DNA from: an uncultured Actinomycetes bacterium
GTDB lineage: Bacteria; Actinomycetota; Actinomycetes; S36-B12; CAIYMF01
Direction of reading: 5' to 3'
Assembly: GCA_963843975.1 (NCBI GenBank)
Contig: CAWJMG010000003.1
Location: 1,020,001-1,052,000, forward strand
DNA: 32,000 nucleotides
In this document: piece by piece, positions 8,240 through 16,895 of the stretch
Layout of the letters: each line of letters begins with the position of its first letter
Numbering within the stretch: the first letter of the stretch is position 1
Notes under the pieces: model-generated
Told to the model about the DNA's origin: nothing
Database searches by the model: none
Seen by the model: only the letters and a program-made list of their open reading frames with translations
Translations under genes and position numbers: made by a program

Positions 8240-8869
8240 TCAGACGGACGGGCCCAGCGCCCAGGTGACGGTGACGACGGCGGTCACGCTGCCCTCGCCG
8301 CCGTCCATCGGCATGCCGCCGCCGGAGTCGGCCGCAGCCATCGCCATCATCCGCTTCGGCATCCCGCCGCCACCGATCTCGGCCTCGGCGATGTGCCGTA
8401 CCTCGCCGAGCGCCTGGCCCGCGACGCCGGCGTACTGCTCGGCCTTCGCGCGGGCGTTCGCGTACGCGGCATCGCGTGCGGCCGACTCGAGGCCGGCCGC
8501 GTCGCCGTGCGAGAACGAGATGCCGTCCACGCGAGCACCGTCGCCACCTGCCTGCACCGCCGCGACGAGCATCGAGCCGACGTGCTCGAGATCGGTCGTG
8601 CGCACGGCGAGCGAGAGCGAGGCCTCGTACGCCACGACGGTCGGCCACGGGTCGTGCACGGGGTTCAGCGAGACGCTGGTCGTGGCCAGCGTGCGCTCGT
8701 CGGCGCCGCCGCGCACGACCGCCTCACGCATCGCCTGCATCGCGTACGACGCACGCGCCGTGGCGTCGGAGGGGTTCGCCGCCCGCGCGGACGCGGCGAG
8801 GTTGAGGGTGGCGACGTCGTACGGCGCGCTCGCGCGCCCACGACCGGTGACGGTGACGGATCGGCCCAT
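8240..8869 (-). CDS. SIMPL (DUF541) domain protein
   Basis: ATG at 8869; only the last 209 aa of the 549-aa track ORF. GRGRASAPYDVATLNLA...ARDAAYANARAKAEQYAGVAGQALGEV..I.E is SIMPL-like. Gly/Met-rich insert GGGGMPKRMMAMAAADSGGGMPMDGG. No obvious signal peptide. Confidence 0.7.
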   Translation of the reverse strand: MGRSVTVTGRGRASAPYDVATLNLAASARAANPSDATARASYAMQAMREAVVRGGADERTLATTSVSLNPVHDPWPTVVAYEASLSLAVRTTDLEHVGSMLVAAVQAGGDGARVDGISFSHGDAAGLESAARDAAYANARAKAEQYAGVAGQALGEVRHIAEAEIGGGGMPKRMMAMAAADSGGGMPMDGGEGSVTAVVTVTWALGPSV

Positions 8870-8893
8870 ACCCCGATCCTGCCCCACCTGGCG

Positions 8894-8943
8894 CCAGCGG
8901 TAGTCAGAACGGACGCCATACGCTGCGAATCGACTACCGGTGG
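8894..8943. terminator. Hairpin 3 nt downstream of the metF stop
   Basis: CCAGCGGTAGTC (8894-8905) pairs with GACTACCGGTGG (8932-8943): 12-nt arms with 1 mismatch and a 26-nt loop. It shares the GGTAGT/ACTACC core with the 52-nt repeat but is not alignable to it overall. Confidence 0.4.
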
Positions 8944-8946
8944 CCG

Positions 8947-9864
8947 TCAGGCGGTGGCGGCAGCGCCGAGGCCGAGGCCGGTGTAGATCTCGCGCGCGGA
9001 GGTCGAGCGGTTGAGCGTGAAGAAGTGCAGGCCAGGCGCTCCGCCGTCGAGCAGCTCCTGGCACAGGCCCGCGGCAGCCTCGACGCCGAGCGCGTGCACG
9101 GCGTCCGCGTCGTCGGCGATGGCGCGGAACCGCGCCTCGAGCTCGTCGGGGAACGCCGTGCCCGACAGGATCGCGAACCGCTCGAGCTGGTTGATGTTGG
9201 TGAGCGGCATGATCCCCGGCAGCACCGGCATCGTGCAGCCGAGGGCGCGGGCGCGCTCGACCAGCGCGAAGTAGTGCGAGGCCTCGAAGAACATCTGCGT
9301 GACGGCGAACTCCGCGCCTGCCTCCTGCTTGGCCAGCAGCACGCGCGCGTCGTCGTCGAGGGACGCCGACTCGGGGTGACGCTCCGGGAACGCCGCGACG
9401 CCGACCGAGAAGTCGCCGAGCGAGCGCACGAGGGTCACGAGCTCGTCGGCGTGGGCGAGGCCCTGGGGGTGCTGCACCCACGGAGAGCCGGGGCCGCCGG
9501 GCGGGTCGCCGCGCAGCGCGAGGACGTTGCGCACGCCGGCGTCGGCGTACGAGCCGATGACCGACCGCAGCTCCGCCACGCTGGATCCCACGCAGGTGAG
9601 GTGGCCCATCGGCAGCAGGGTCGTCTCCTCGGCGATCCGCTGGGTGATGCGCACCGTGCGGTCGCGGGTGGAGCCCCCGGCGCCGTACGTGACCGAGACG
9701 AAGGTGGGCTGCAGGCCCTCGAGCTCGCGGATGGCCTGCCAGAGCAGGCGCTCGCCGTCGTCGGTCTTGGGCGGGAAGAACTCGAACGAGAAGGAGTGGC
9801 CACCAGCGGCCAGCAGCGCGCTCACCGTGGGGGGCGACGGCGTGCCGGGGGTGGTGGCGGACAT
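8947..9864 (-). CDS. metF: Methylenetetrahydrofolate reductase
   Basis: FSFEFFPPKT...FVSVTYGAGGSTR...GHLTCVG...VLALRGDPP...VAAFPE.HP...FAVTQMFF...PGIMPL... are all MTHFR hallmarks. I prefer the start at 9864 (MSATTPG) because a TACCCT -10-like box sits 7 nt upstream; the ORF is open to 9900. Confidence 0.9.
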   Translation of the reverse strand: MSATTPGTPSPPTVSALLAAGGHSFSFEFFPPKTDDGERLLWQAIRELEGLQPTFVSVTYGAGGSTRDRTVRITQRIAEETTLLPMGHLTCVGSSVAELRSVIGSYADAGVRNVLALRGDPPGGPGSPWVQHPQGLAHADELVTLVRSLGDFSVGVAAFPERHPESASLDDDARVLLAKQEAGAEFAVTQMFFEASHYFALVERARALGCTMPVLPGIMPLTNINQLERFAILSGTAFPDELEARFRAIADDADAVHALGVEAAAGLCQELLDGGAPGLHFFTLNRSTSAREIYTGLGLGAAATA

Positions 9865-9871
9865 GGGGTCG

Positions 9872-9877
9872 AGGGTA
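9872..9877 (-). promoter_or_regulatory. -10-like TACCCT box positioned for a leaderless metF transcript
   Basis: On the minus strand, TACCCT ends 7 nt before the ATG at 9864. This supports that start over 9900. Confidence 0.3.
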
Positions 9878-9973
9878 CGGCGTGCCCACGCCTCGGACAC
9901 CGTGGAGTCCGCATCGTGAACGGCCGGTGAGGCACGGTCAGCCTCTCGTGATGCCCGGGACGCCCGCTCCCCC

Positions 9974-9979
9974 TACGCT
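9974..9979 (+). promoter_or_regulatory. -10-like TACGCT box positioned for a leaderless idsA transcript
   Basis: TANNNT hexamer ending 7 nt before the idsA ATG (9987). No SD. Confidence 0.3.
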
Positions 9980-9986
9980 TCGTCGC

Positions 9987-11061
9987 ATGACGACGGGGAG
10001 CTCGCCGCTCGACGCCGAGGACCTGCGTGTCCGCGTGCAGAAGCGCCTGGACGACTTCCTCGCCCAGCAGCTGCCGGTGCTCGACGACGTCAGCCCGGAC
10101 CTTGCTCCGCTGGCCGAGGCGCTGACGGACCTCCTGCGCGGCGGCAAGCGGCTGCGGCCCGCCTTCGCGTACTGGGGGTGGCGCGGAGCCGGCGGCACCG
10201 ACTGCGAGGAGGCCGTCTCGGCCGCCACCGCGCTCGAGCTGCTGCAGGCCTGCGCGCTCATCCATGACGACGTCATGGACGGCAGCGACACCCGCCGCGG
10301 CCTCCCTGCCGCGCACCGCCGCTTCGCCACGCTCCACCGCGGCAACGAGTGGCTCGGCTCGCCCGAGGCGTTCGGCGTCGGCGCCGCGATCCTGCTCGGC
10401 GACCTGTGCCTCTCCTGGGCCGACGAGCTGCTGATGTCGTGCGGCCTGCCGAGTGACTCCGTGATGCGCGGCAAGCCGGTGTACGACGTGATGCGCACCG
10501 AGCTGCATGGGCGGCCAGTACCTCGACCTGCTCGAGCAGGCGATGGGCGGCGGCTCGGAGGCGCGCGCGATGCGCGTGGTCCGCTTCAAGGCCGCGAAGT
10601 ACACCATCGAGCGGCCCCTGCACCTCGGCGCCGCGCTCGCCGGCGCCCCCGAGTCGACGTTCGTCGCCTACTCCGGCTACGGCCTCCCCCTCGGTGAGGC
10701 GTTCCAGCTGCGCGACGACGTCCTCGGCGTCTTCGGCGACCCGGCCCAGACGGGCAAGCCCGCGGGCGACGACCTGCGCGAAGGCAAGCGCACGGTCCTC
10801 GTGGCGGCCGCCGTCGAGGCCTCGAGCCCGGCCCAGGCCGCGCTGATCCGGCGCCACCTCGGCGACCCCGCCCTCGACGCCGGCGGCGTCGCCGCGCTCC
10901 GCGAGGTCATCACAGACACGGGTGCGCTCGGGCACGTCGAGCGGCTCATCGATGCTCTCACGGCGCAGTGCTTCGCGGCGCTCGACGCCGCCGACATCGA
11001 CGACGACGCCCGCGAGGTGCTGCGCGGCCTCGCGCACGCAGCGACCTCGCGCTCGATGTAG
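9987..11061 (+). pseudogene. idsA: Geranylgeranyl diphosphate (polyprenyl) synthase IdsA/CrtE, interrupted by a +1 frameshift at about 10506
   Basis: The N-terminal part (frame of 9987) carries the first Asp-rich motif LIHDDVMDGS and ends ...YDVMRTEL. The C-terminal part (frame of 10507) continues MGGQYLDLLEQ...KYTIERPL...FQLRDDVLGVFGDP...GKP.GDDLREGKRT (second Asp-rich motif). The sequence gag ctg C atg ggc has one extra base. 1075 nt minus 1 equals 358 codons. Confidence 0.85.
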
Positions 11062-11069
11062 TCGCCCGC

Positions 11070-13505
11070 TCAGCGGCCCGAGCGGGACCCTCCCGCGGCG
11101 TGCCCGGCCTTCCGGAGGGCCGACCAGGACGGGTCCTCGAACGGCACCGCCCGACCGAAGAGCCAACCCTGCGCGGCCTCGCACCCGAGCTCGGCTAGGA
11201 ACGCCCGCTGCTGCTCGGTCTCGACGCCCTCCGCCACGACGCCGAGCCCCGTCTCGTCGGCGATGTCGAGCAGCGCCCGCACGACCACCGCGCGCCGGTG
11301 GTCGGTGAGCACCGTCTGCACGAACGACTTGTCGATCTTGACGATGTCGACCGGGAACTGGTGCAACCACGACAGGCTCGAGTAGCCGGTGCCGAAGTCG
11401 TCCAGCGCCACGCGCACACCGGCCTCGTGCAGCTGCTGGAGCGATGCAAGGGCCACGGAGCTCTCGTTGACGAGCGCGGTCTCGGTGACCTCGACGATCA
11501 CCCACGTCGGGTCGATGCCGTGCCGCGCTGCGGTGTCCAGGAGCGCAGCGGCCAGACCGGGCCGCCCGAGCTGCGTCGGGCTGATGTTGATGCCGACGTC
11601 GATCGCCATGCCTGCGTCGTGCCAGCGGCGCATGTCCGAGAGCGCGCGCTCCGCGACCCACGTCCCGACCTCGCCGATCAGCCCGCTGGCCTCGGCATGC
11701 GGCAGGAAGAGATCGGGCGCCAGCAGGCCGCCCTCGCCGTCGCGCATGCGCACGAGGGCCTCAGCCCCGACCACGACACCGTCGTGGAGCCGGATCACCG
11801 GTTGGTAGTGCAGGGCCAGGCCGTCCTGGCGGAGCGCAGCACGCAGCCGCTGCTGCATCTCCAGCGCCGCCGAGAGCTCGTCGTCCAGGCTCCGGTCGTA
11901 CGTCTCGATCCGGTCCCGGCCCGAGTCCTTCGCCCGGTACATCGCTACATCGGCTCTGCGCAGCAGGTCGCCCGGGTCGGTGGCGGGGTCGGCCGTGTGC
12001 GCGATGCCGATGCTCGCGGTCGGCTGGAACTGGTGGTCGCCGTACCTCCAGGGCGCGTGGAGGCGCTCCTGCAGGCGTACGGCGAGGAGCGCGGCGTCGG
12101 TCGGATCGTCGAAGCCCTCGCAGACGATCACGAACTCGTCGCCGCCCTGCCGACCGACCGTGTCCTCGGGCCGCAGCACCGACGACAGGCGGGCGGCGAC
12201 CTCGGAGAGGAGCAGGTCTCCCACCTGATGCCCGAACACGTCGTTGACCTGCTTGAAGTGGTCCAGGTCGCAGAACAGGACGCACACCATGCCCGGCCGT
12301 CGACCGAGGCGGTGCAGCGCCGTGGCGAGGCGGTCGCTGAGGGCGTAGCGGTTGGGCAGACCTGTGACCGAGTCCGTCAGAGCTCTCTCGGTGAGCGCCG
12401 CCTCGGCATCCTTGCGCGCGGTGATGTCGTCGAACTGGACGATCAGCTCCTGGGCACCGCGCGCGTCCGGTGCCCCGACCGCCGACACGCTGAGCACGAC
12501 CCAGCGGTACCCGACCTCAGGCCCGACGACCCTGATCTCCCGACCCGACATGGTCGGCAGTGCGGCCCCGGGTTCGACCCGTCGCGCGGCGTCCACCACG
12601 GAGTCCGCCAGCGCCCATGTCTCGGCGACGTCGTCGGGGTGGATCAACGTGGCGAGCAGATCGCTGCCCGCGCCGACGATGTCGACGCCGAACAGGCGGA
12701 GGACCGCCTCGTTGGCATCGAGCACGCGGGTGCGCTCGGGGCCGCCGTTCAGGAGCCGAAGCGTCGGCACCGGCGACCTGGCGAAGACCGCCACGAGGCG
12801 CTCCTCGGCGCGCTTGATGTCGGTGACGTCGGTGGCGATGCCGCCGACGCCCCACACGACGTCGTCGTCGTCGAGCAGCGGGAACTTCGTGACCAGGAAG
12901 GTGCGCAGGGCCAGCGGATCGCTGCCCACCCGCTCCTCCACCGTGATCGCCTCGTTGGCGTGCATCACCTCGAGGTCGGCGGAGCGCAGCGCCTCGGCGA
13001 CGTCGGGCGGGAAGATCGAGGCGTCCGTCACGCCGATCCCGGTGCCGTGGTCGACGGCCGCGGTCCGCGACCACGCCTCGTTGGCCAGGACGTAGCGGCC
13101 GTAGCCGTCGACAGGGTTTCGGTAGTCCTTGACGAACACCGGCTGGTCCGTGGCCTCGGCCACCTCGGCGAGCATGCGTGACGAGCGGGCGACCCCCCGA
13201 ACCCGGCGCTCCTCGACGCCAGCGAGCCAGACGGCCAGCAGGCAGAGCACGACGAGCCACGGGAAGCGCGGCCAGTAGCCCGCGGACGCACCTTCGGGAT
13301 CGATCACGGGGACCGCCACAGCCAGCACGAGCGCGAGGACGGTGAGCAGCACCACGCGACGGCGGTCGGCGAGGACGACGACCGCCACGAGGAGGACCGG
13401 ACCCAGCGCGATGAGCGCGGGCGCCTCGGCAAGCAGCTCGGCGACGGCGATGGCGACCATGGCGAGCACGAAGCCCCACACCGGCCACGCCCACAGCGCC
13501 CGCAT
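11070..13505 (-). CDS. Membrane-anchored PAS-PAS-GGDEF-EAL signalling protein (c-di-GMP cyclase/phosphodiesterase)
   Basis: N-terminal hydrophobic segments, then PAS-like regions (..TDVTDIKRAEERL.., ..DDITARKDAEAAL..). GGDEF domain (LPNRYAL...RQGGDEFVIV) and EAL domain (GAEALVR...DDFGTGYSSL..L...P.D.VKIDKSF). The start is at 13505 (GAGG upstream) or 13580. Confidence 0.9.
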   Translation of the reverse strand: MRALWAWPVWGFVLAMVAIAVAELLAEAPALIALGPVLLVAVVVLADRRRVVLLTVLALVLAVAVPVIDPEGASAGYWPRFPWLVVLCLLAVWLAGVEERRVRGVARSSRMLAEVAEATDQPVFVKDYRNPVDGYGRYVLANEAWSRTAAVDHGTGIGVTDASIFPPDVAEALRSADLEVMHANEAITVEERVGSDPLALRTFLVTKFPLLDDDDVVWGVGGIATDVTDIKRAEERLVAVFARSPVPTLRLLNGGPERTRVLDANEAVLRLFGVDIVGAGSDLLATLIHPDDVAETWALADSVVDAARRVEPGAALPTMSGREIRVVGPEVGYRWVVLSVSAVGAPDARGAQELIVQFDDITARKDAEAALTERALTDSVTGLPNRYALSDRLATALHRLGRRPGMVCVLFCDLDHFKQVNDVFGHQVGDLLLSEVAARLSSVLRPEDTVGRQGGDEFVIVCEGFDDPTDAALLAVRLQERLHAPWRYGDHQFQPTASIGIAHTADPATDPGDLLRRADVAMYRAKDSGRDRIETYDRSLDDELSAALEMQQRLRAALRQDGLALHYQPVIRLHDGVVVGAEALVRMRDGEGGLLAPDLFLPHAEASGLIGEVGTWVAERALSDMRRWHDAGMAIDVGINISPTQLGRPGLAAALLDTAARHGIDPTWVIVEVTETALVNESSVALASLQQLHEAGVRVALDDFGTGYSSLSWLHQFPVDIVKIDKSFVQTVLTDHRRAVVVRALLDIADETGLGVVAEGVETEQQRAFLAELGCEAAQGWLFGRAVPFEDPSWSALRKAGHAAGGSRSGR

Positions 13506-13628
13506 CCCACGACCTCGCACGCGCGCCCCCTCTCGACCCCTGGCGGGAGTGTCCACCGGCGAGGCCCTGCGTTGCCTCACGAGCGGCTCACATCACCTGC
13601 TCGGGAGGCCGAACCGGCCCCGCGTCCT

Positions 13629-13634
13629 TAGGGT
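13629..13634 (+). promoter_or_regulatory. -10-like TAGGGT box positioned for a leaderless crtI transcript
   Basis: TAGGGT fits the actinobacterial TANNNT pattern. It ends 6 nt before the A of the crtI ATG (13641), and no Shine-Dalgarno is present. Confidence 0.3.
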
Positions 13635-13640
13635 TGAGCC

Positions 13641-15161
13641 ATGTCCCTGCTCAACCGCTCGCCCCGCACCGTCACCGGCCCGACCGATCACGTCGTGGTG
13701 GTCGGCGCGGGCCTTGCCGGGCTGTCGGCGGCGCTGCGGCTCGCGGGCGCCGGGCGCAAGGTCACCGTGCTCGAGCGCGAATCGGTGCCGGGCGGCCGCG
13801 CCGGGCTGATCGAGGACTCCGGCTACCGCTTCGACACGGGCCCCACGGTCCTCACGATGCCCGACCTCATCCACGACGCGTTCGCGGCCGTGGGCGAGAA
13901 CATGGACGACTGGCTCGACCTCGTCCCCGTCGAGCCCCTCTACCGCGCCTTCTACCCCGACGGCTCGCAGCTCGACGTGCACTCCGACGTCGACGCGATG
14001 GCGGCCGAGATCGAGACCGTCATCTCGGCCGCCGAGGCCGCGGGCTACCGCCGCTACGTCGACTTCGTCTCCAAGCTGTACCGCTACGAGATGAAGGACT
14101 TCATCGACACCAACATCGACTCGCCGGTCGACCTGCTCACCGAGAACCTCGCCAAGCTCGTCGCCATCGGCGGCTTCCGCAAGCTCACGCCGAAGGTGCG
14201 GCAGTACCTCAACGACCCGCGCACCGAGCGGCTCTTCAGCTTCCAGGCGATGTACGCCGGGCTCTCGCCCCAGGACGCGCTCGCGATCTACGCGATCATC
14301 GCCTACATGGACTCCGTCGCCGGGGTCTACTTCCCCAAGGGCGGCATGCACGCGCTGCCCCGTGGCCTTGCCGGTGCCGCTGAGAAGCACGGGGTCGAGT
14401 TCCGCTACGACACCGAGGTGACGCGCGTCGAGATGCGCGGCGACCGCGCCGTGGCCGTGCACACCGCGGCCGGCGAGCGCATCACCGCCGACGTCGTCGT
14501 CCTGAACCCCGACCTGCCCGTCGCCTACAAGCAGCTGCTCGGCCGCGAGCCGTGGAACGTACGCCGGCTCACGTACTCGCCGTCGTGCTACCTCCTGCTC
14601 GCCGGCTCGTCGGCGACGTACACGAAGACGGCGCACCACAACATCCACTTCGGGCGCAGCTGGAACGGTGTCTTCCGCGAGCTCATCGACGAGCAGCGGC
14701 TCATGACCGACCCGAGCATCCTCGTGACGAACCCGACCTACTCCGACCCGGGGCTGGCACCGGACGGAAAGCAGATCTACTACGTGCTGTTCCCGACGCC
14801 CAACCTCGACGCCCCCATCGACTGGCGCACCGAAGGGCCGCGCTACCGCGACGAGATCGTCCGCACGCTCGAGGAGCGCGGCTACATCGGATTCGGCGAC
14901 GGCATCGAGCTCGAGCACGTCACCACGCCGCTCGACTGGCAGGCCCGTGGCATGGAGCGCGGTGCGCCGTTCGCGGCCGCCCACTCGTTCCAGCAGACCG
15001 GCCCGTTCCGCCCCTCGAACCTGTTCGGCGAGAACGTCGTCTTCACGGGCTCGGGCACCCAGCCCGGCGTGGGCGTCCCGATGGTGCTCGTGTCCGGCCG
15101 CCTCGCCGCCGAGCGGATCACCGGGCCGGACCCGTCGTACCGGCCGACCTACCTGCACTGA
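13641..15161 (+). CDS. crtI: Phytoene desaturase
   Basis: 506 aa. VVVVGAGLAGLSAALRLAGAGRKVTVLE....GGRAG, FDTGPTVLTMP, FQAMYAGLSP..A.AIYA.I.YM....GV.FP.GGM and C-terminal F.G.GT.PG.GVP.V..S are CrtI hallmarks. Confidence 0.9.
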   Translation: MSLLNRSPRTVTGPTDHVVVVGAGLAGLSAALRLAGAGRKVTVLERESVPGGRAGLIEDSGYRFDTGPTVLTMPDLIHDAFAAVGENMDDWLDLVPVEPLYRAFYPDGSQLDVHSDVDAMAAEIETVISAAEAAGYRRYVDFVSKLYRYEMKDFIDTNIDSPVDLLTENLAKLVAIGGFRKLTPKVRQYLNDPRTERLFSFQAMYAGLSPQDALAIYAIIAYMDSVAGVYFPKGGMHALPRGLAGAAEKHGVEFRYDTEVTRVEMRGDRAVAVHTAAGERITADVVVLNPDLPVAYKQLLGREPWNVRRLTYSPSCYLLLAGSSATYTKTAHHNIHFGRSWNGVFRELIDEQRLMTDPSILVTNPTYSDPGLAPDGKQIYYVLFPTPNLDAPIDWRTEGPRYRDEIVRTLEERGYIGFGDGIELEHVTTPLDWQARGMERGAPFAAAHSFQQTGPFRPSNLFGENVVFTGSGTQPGVGVPMVLVSGRLAAERITGPDPSYRPTYLH

Positions 15162-15332
15162 TCCGCCTGCACCGACCCACCGCTGCTGGCGTGTGCGGGC
15201 GTGTGCGGGCGGGCACTCAGCGTGGCGAAGGTCCGCATACTGGGACGTAACGTCCATGTGGCGACGCAGATCACCCGAAACCGTCCGGATCGCGTTCGGA
15301 GCCCCCCGCCTGGCGCTTGTACCCTCGTGATC

Positions 15333-16895
15333 ATGGCGGCGGAGGACGTACGGGGGCACGACCCCGACGACACGCGCCTTCACTTCGCCCTGCGCTACGC
15401 CCTCGGCGGCTTCGTCGCCTCGGTGATCCTCGCGATCGGCTCGATCGGCGTCGGCTGGCTGCCCCTCGAGGGCGTCGCCGAGATCCCCTTCGTCGAGGCC
15501 ATGCGCCACGAGGGCGTCGGCGTCCTCGTCTCCCGAGCCTGCGTCGTCATCGGCGGCGCGCTGCTGCTGCAGGCCTGGCTCGTGCTCGGGGCCGACATCC
15601 TCGGTGGCCACGTCCGCAACGTGCGCCGTCTCTGGAAGGTGCTCGCTCTCTGGTGCGCACCGCTGCTGCTCGCACCGCCGCTGTTCAGCCGCGACGCCTA
15701 CTCGTACTTCATGCAGGGCAAGCTCGTGCTCGCCGGCGGCGACCCGTACACCCAGGGCGTCGAGTCGATCCCTGGCTGGTTCGCCAGCGGCGTCGACCCG
15801 CTGTGGCGCGACACCCCGACGCCGTACGGCCCGGTGTTCGTCACCCTCTCCCGCGGGGTGGCCGCCCTCGTCGGCGACAACGCGTACCTCGCGGTGATCG
15901 TCTTCCGTCTGCTCGCACTCGGCGGCGTCGCGCTCATGGCCTACTACGTGCCGCGGCTCGCGTTCCACGCCGGCATCGACGGCTCCAAGGCGCTGTGGCT
16001 CGGCGTCCTCAACCCGCTCGTGCTCATGCACTTCGTGGCCGGAGTGCACAACGACGCGATCATGGTCGGCCTCATCGTCGCCGGGCTCTGCCTGGCGATC
16101 GAGGGCCGTGGGGCCACCGGCATCGTGCTCGTCACCCTGGCCGCGATGGTCAAGCCCATCGCCTTCCTCGCGATCCCGTTCGTCGCGATCGCCTGGGCCG
16201 GCACGACGCAGGACTTCCGCGCCCGGCTCTGGGCGTGGACCAAGTCCTTCGGCGTCGTCGTCGTCACGTACGGCGTGATCGCGCTGTCGGTCGGTGCCAG
16301 CCTCGGCTGGATCCGCGCCCTCACCACCCCGGGCGAGGTGCGCACGTGGCTCTCCCCCGCCACCGCGCTCGGCATGGCGACCGGCAACCTGCTCTCGTGG
16401 GTCGGGCTCGGCGACCACCACGATCTGACCGTCGGCATCTTCCGCGTGATCGGCATGCTCGCCGCGATCGTGATCGTCGCCTACCTGCTGCTGCGCCCCG
16501 AAGGCCGTTCGGTGCCCCGCGGGATGATGCTGGCGTTCCTCGCCGTCGTCGCCCTGGGGCCCGTGGTGCAGCCCTGGTACCTGCTGTGGGTGCTGCCGCT
16601 GGCGGCTGCCTCGGGCCTGTCCTCGCGCGAGCTGCGCGTGGTGCTGCTGCTCGTAGCGGGCTTCACGATCTACGGCCTGTGGGAGACGAGCGCGTCCGCC
16701 GACACGTACTTCGACCTCGGTGACGGGCTCGCCATGATCGCCGCGGCCGTCGCGGTCGCGATCGCCGTCGCCATCTCCCCGCGCGAGCGCGCGCTGCTCT
16801 TCGGAGGGCCTGTCGCCCACGGCCTCGTGCCCGAGGACGCACCTGCGGCAGCCCGACGTGAGCGGCTCGTCGTCCGGGCACCGGAGAGCGCATGA
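15333..16895 (+). CDS. MptA/MptB-family polyprenyl-phosphate-mannose-dependent alpha-(1->6)-mannosyltransferase (GT-C)
   Basis: ATG at 15333. LFSRDAYSYFMQGKLVLAGGDPYTQGV...DPLWRDTPTPYGPVF...VLNPLVLMHFVAGVHNDAIMVGL is the characteristic MptA/B signature. It sits after idsA, as mptA (Rv2174) does after idsA2 (Rv2173). Confidence 0.8.
   Translation: MAAEDVRGHDPDDTRLHFALRYALGGFVASVILAIGSIGVGWLPLEGVAEIPFVEAMRHEGVGVLVSRACVVIGGALLLQAWLVLGADILGGHVRNVRRLWKVLALWCAPLLLAPPLFSRDAYSYFMQGKLVLAGGDPYTQGVESIPGWFASGVDPLWRDTPTPYGPVFVTLSRGVAALVGDNAYLAVIVFRLLALGGVALMAYYVPRLAFHAGIDGSKALWLGVLNPLVLMHFVAGVHNDAIMVGLIVAGLCLAIEGRGATGIVLVTLAAMVKPIAFLAIPFVAIAWAGTTQDFRARLWAWTKSFGVVVVTYGVIALSVGASLGWIRALTTPGEVRTWLSPATALGMATGNLLSWVGLGDHHDLTVGIFRVIGMLAAIVIVAYLLLRPEGRSVPRGMMLAFLAVVALGPVVQPWYLLWVLPLAAASGLSSRELRVVLLLVAGFTIYGLWETSASADTYFDLGDGLAMIAAAVAVAIAVAISPRERALLFGGPVAHGLVPEDAPAAARRERLVVRAPESA

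Noticed and set aside
8870-9889. Upstream 340 aa of the 549-aa ORF 8240..9889(-)
   Set aside because: Only the last 209 aa (SIMPL domain, ATG at 8869) look protein-like. The rest is an off-frame, same-strand (-) read-through of the metF coding region and is Arg/Pro-rich.
9865-9960. Possible SAM or other riboswitch in the metF 5' region (minus-strand ATCACGAGAGGCTGACC...)
   Set aside because: I could not find the conserved SAM-I/SAM-IV cores (for example GGCAACC or a paired P1). The -10-like box at leaderless distance leaves no room for a leader RNA.
10507-11061. Reading the idsA halves, or the aroG fragments, as genuinely separate small genes
   Set aside because: The fragment boundaries fall inside conserved domains. 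Each break is repaired by removing exactly one base, and the fragments lack their own ribosome-binding sites, apart from the coincidental ATG at 10507.
11065-11086. Hairpin CCCGCTC-N8-GAGCGGG between the idsA and GGDEF-EAL stops as a dedicated terminator
   Set aside because: It has only a 7-bp stem and lies mostly within the 3' coding end of the EAL gene. It is plausible but not distinguishable from background GC-rich pairing.
12555-12575. tRNA T-loop-like GGGTTCGACCC
   Set aside because: It lies inside the GGDEF-EAL coding region. The stem is only 4 bp and there is no acceptor or anticodon arm context.
13593-16820. 1075-aa minus-strand ORF, and similar long ORFs at 4369-5892(-), 18253-20007(-), 1314-2030(+), 24851-25460(+) and 7417-8268(+)
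   Set aside because: They lie antisense to, or are frame-shifted extensions of, well-supported genes (crtI, the mptA-like gene, crtD and others). Their translations are Arg/Gly/Pro/Asp-rich low-complexity strings typical of stop-poor off-frames in high-GC DNA.
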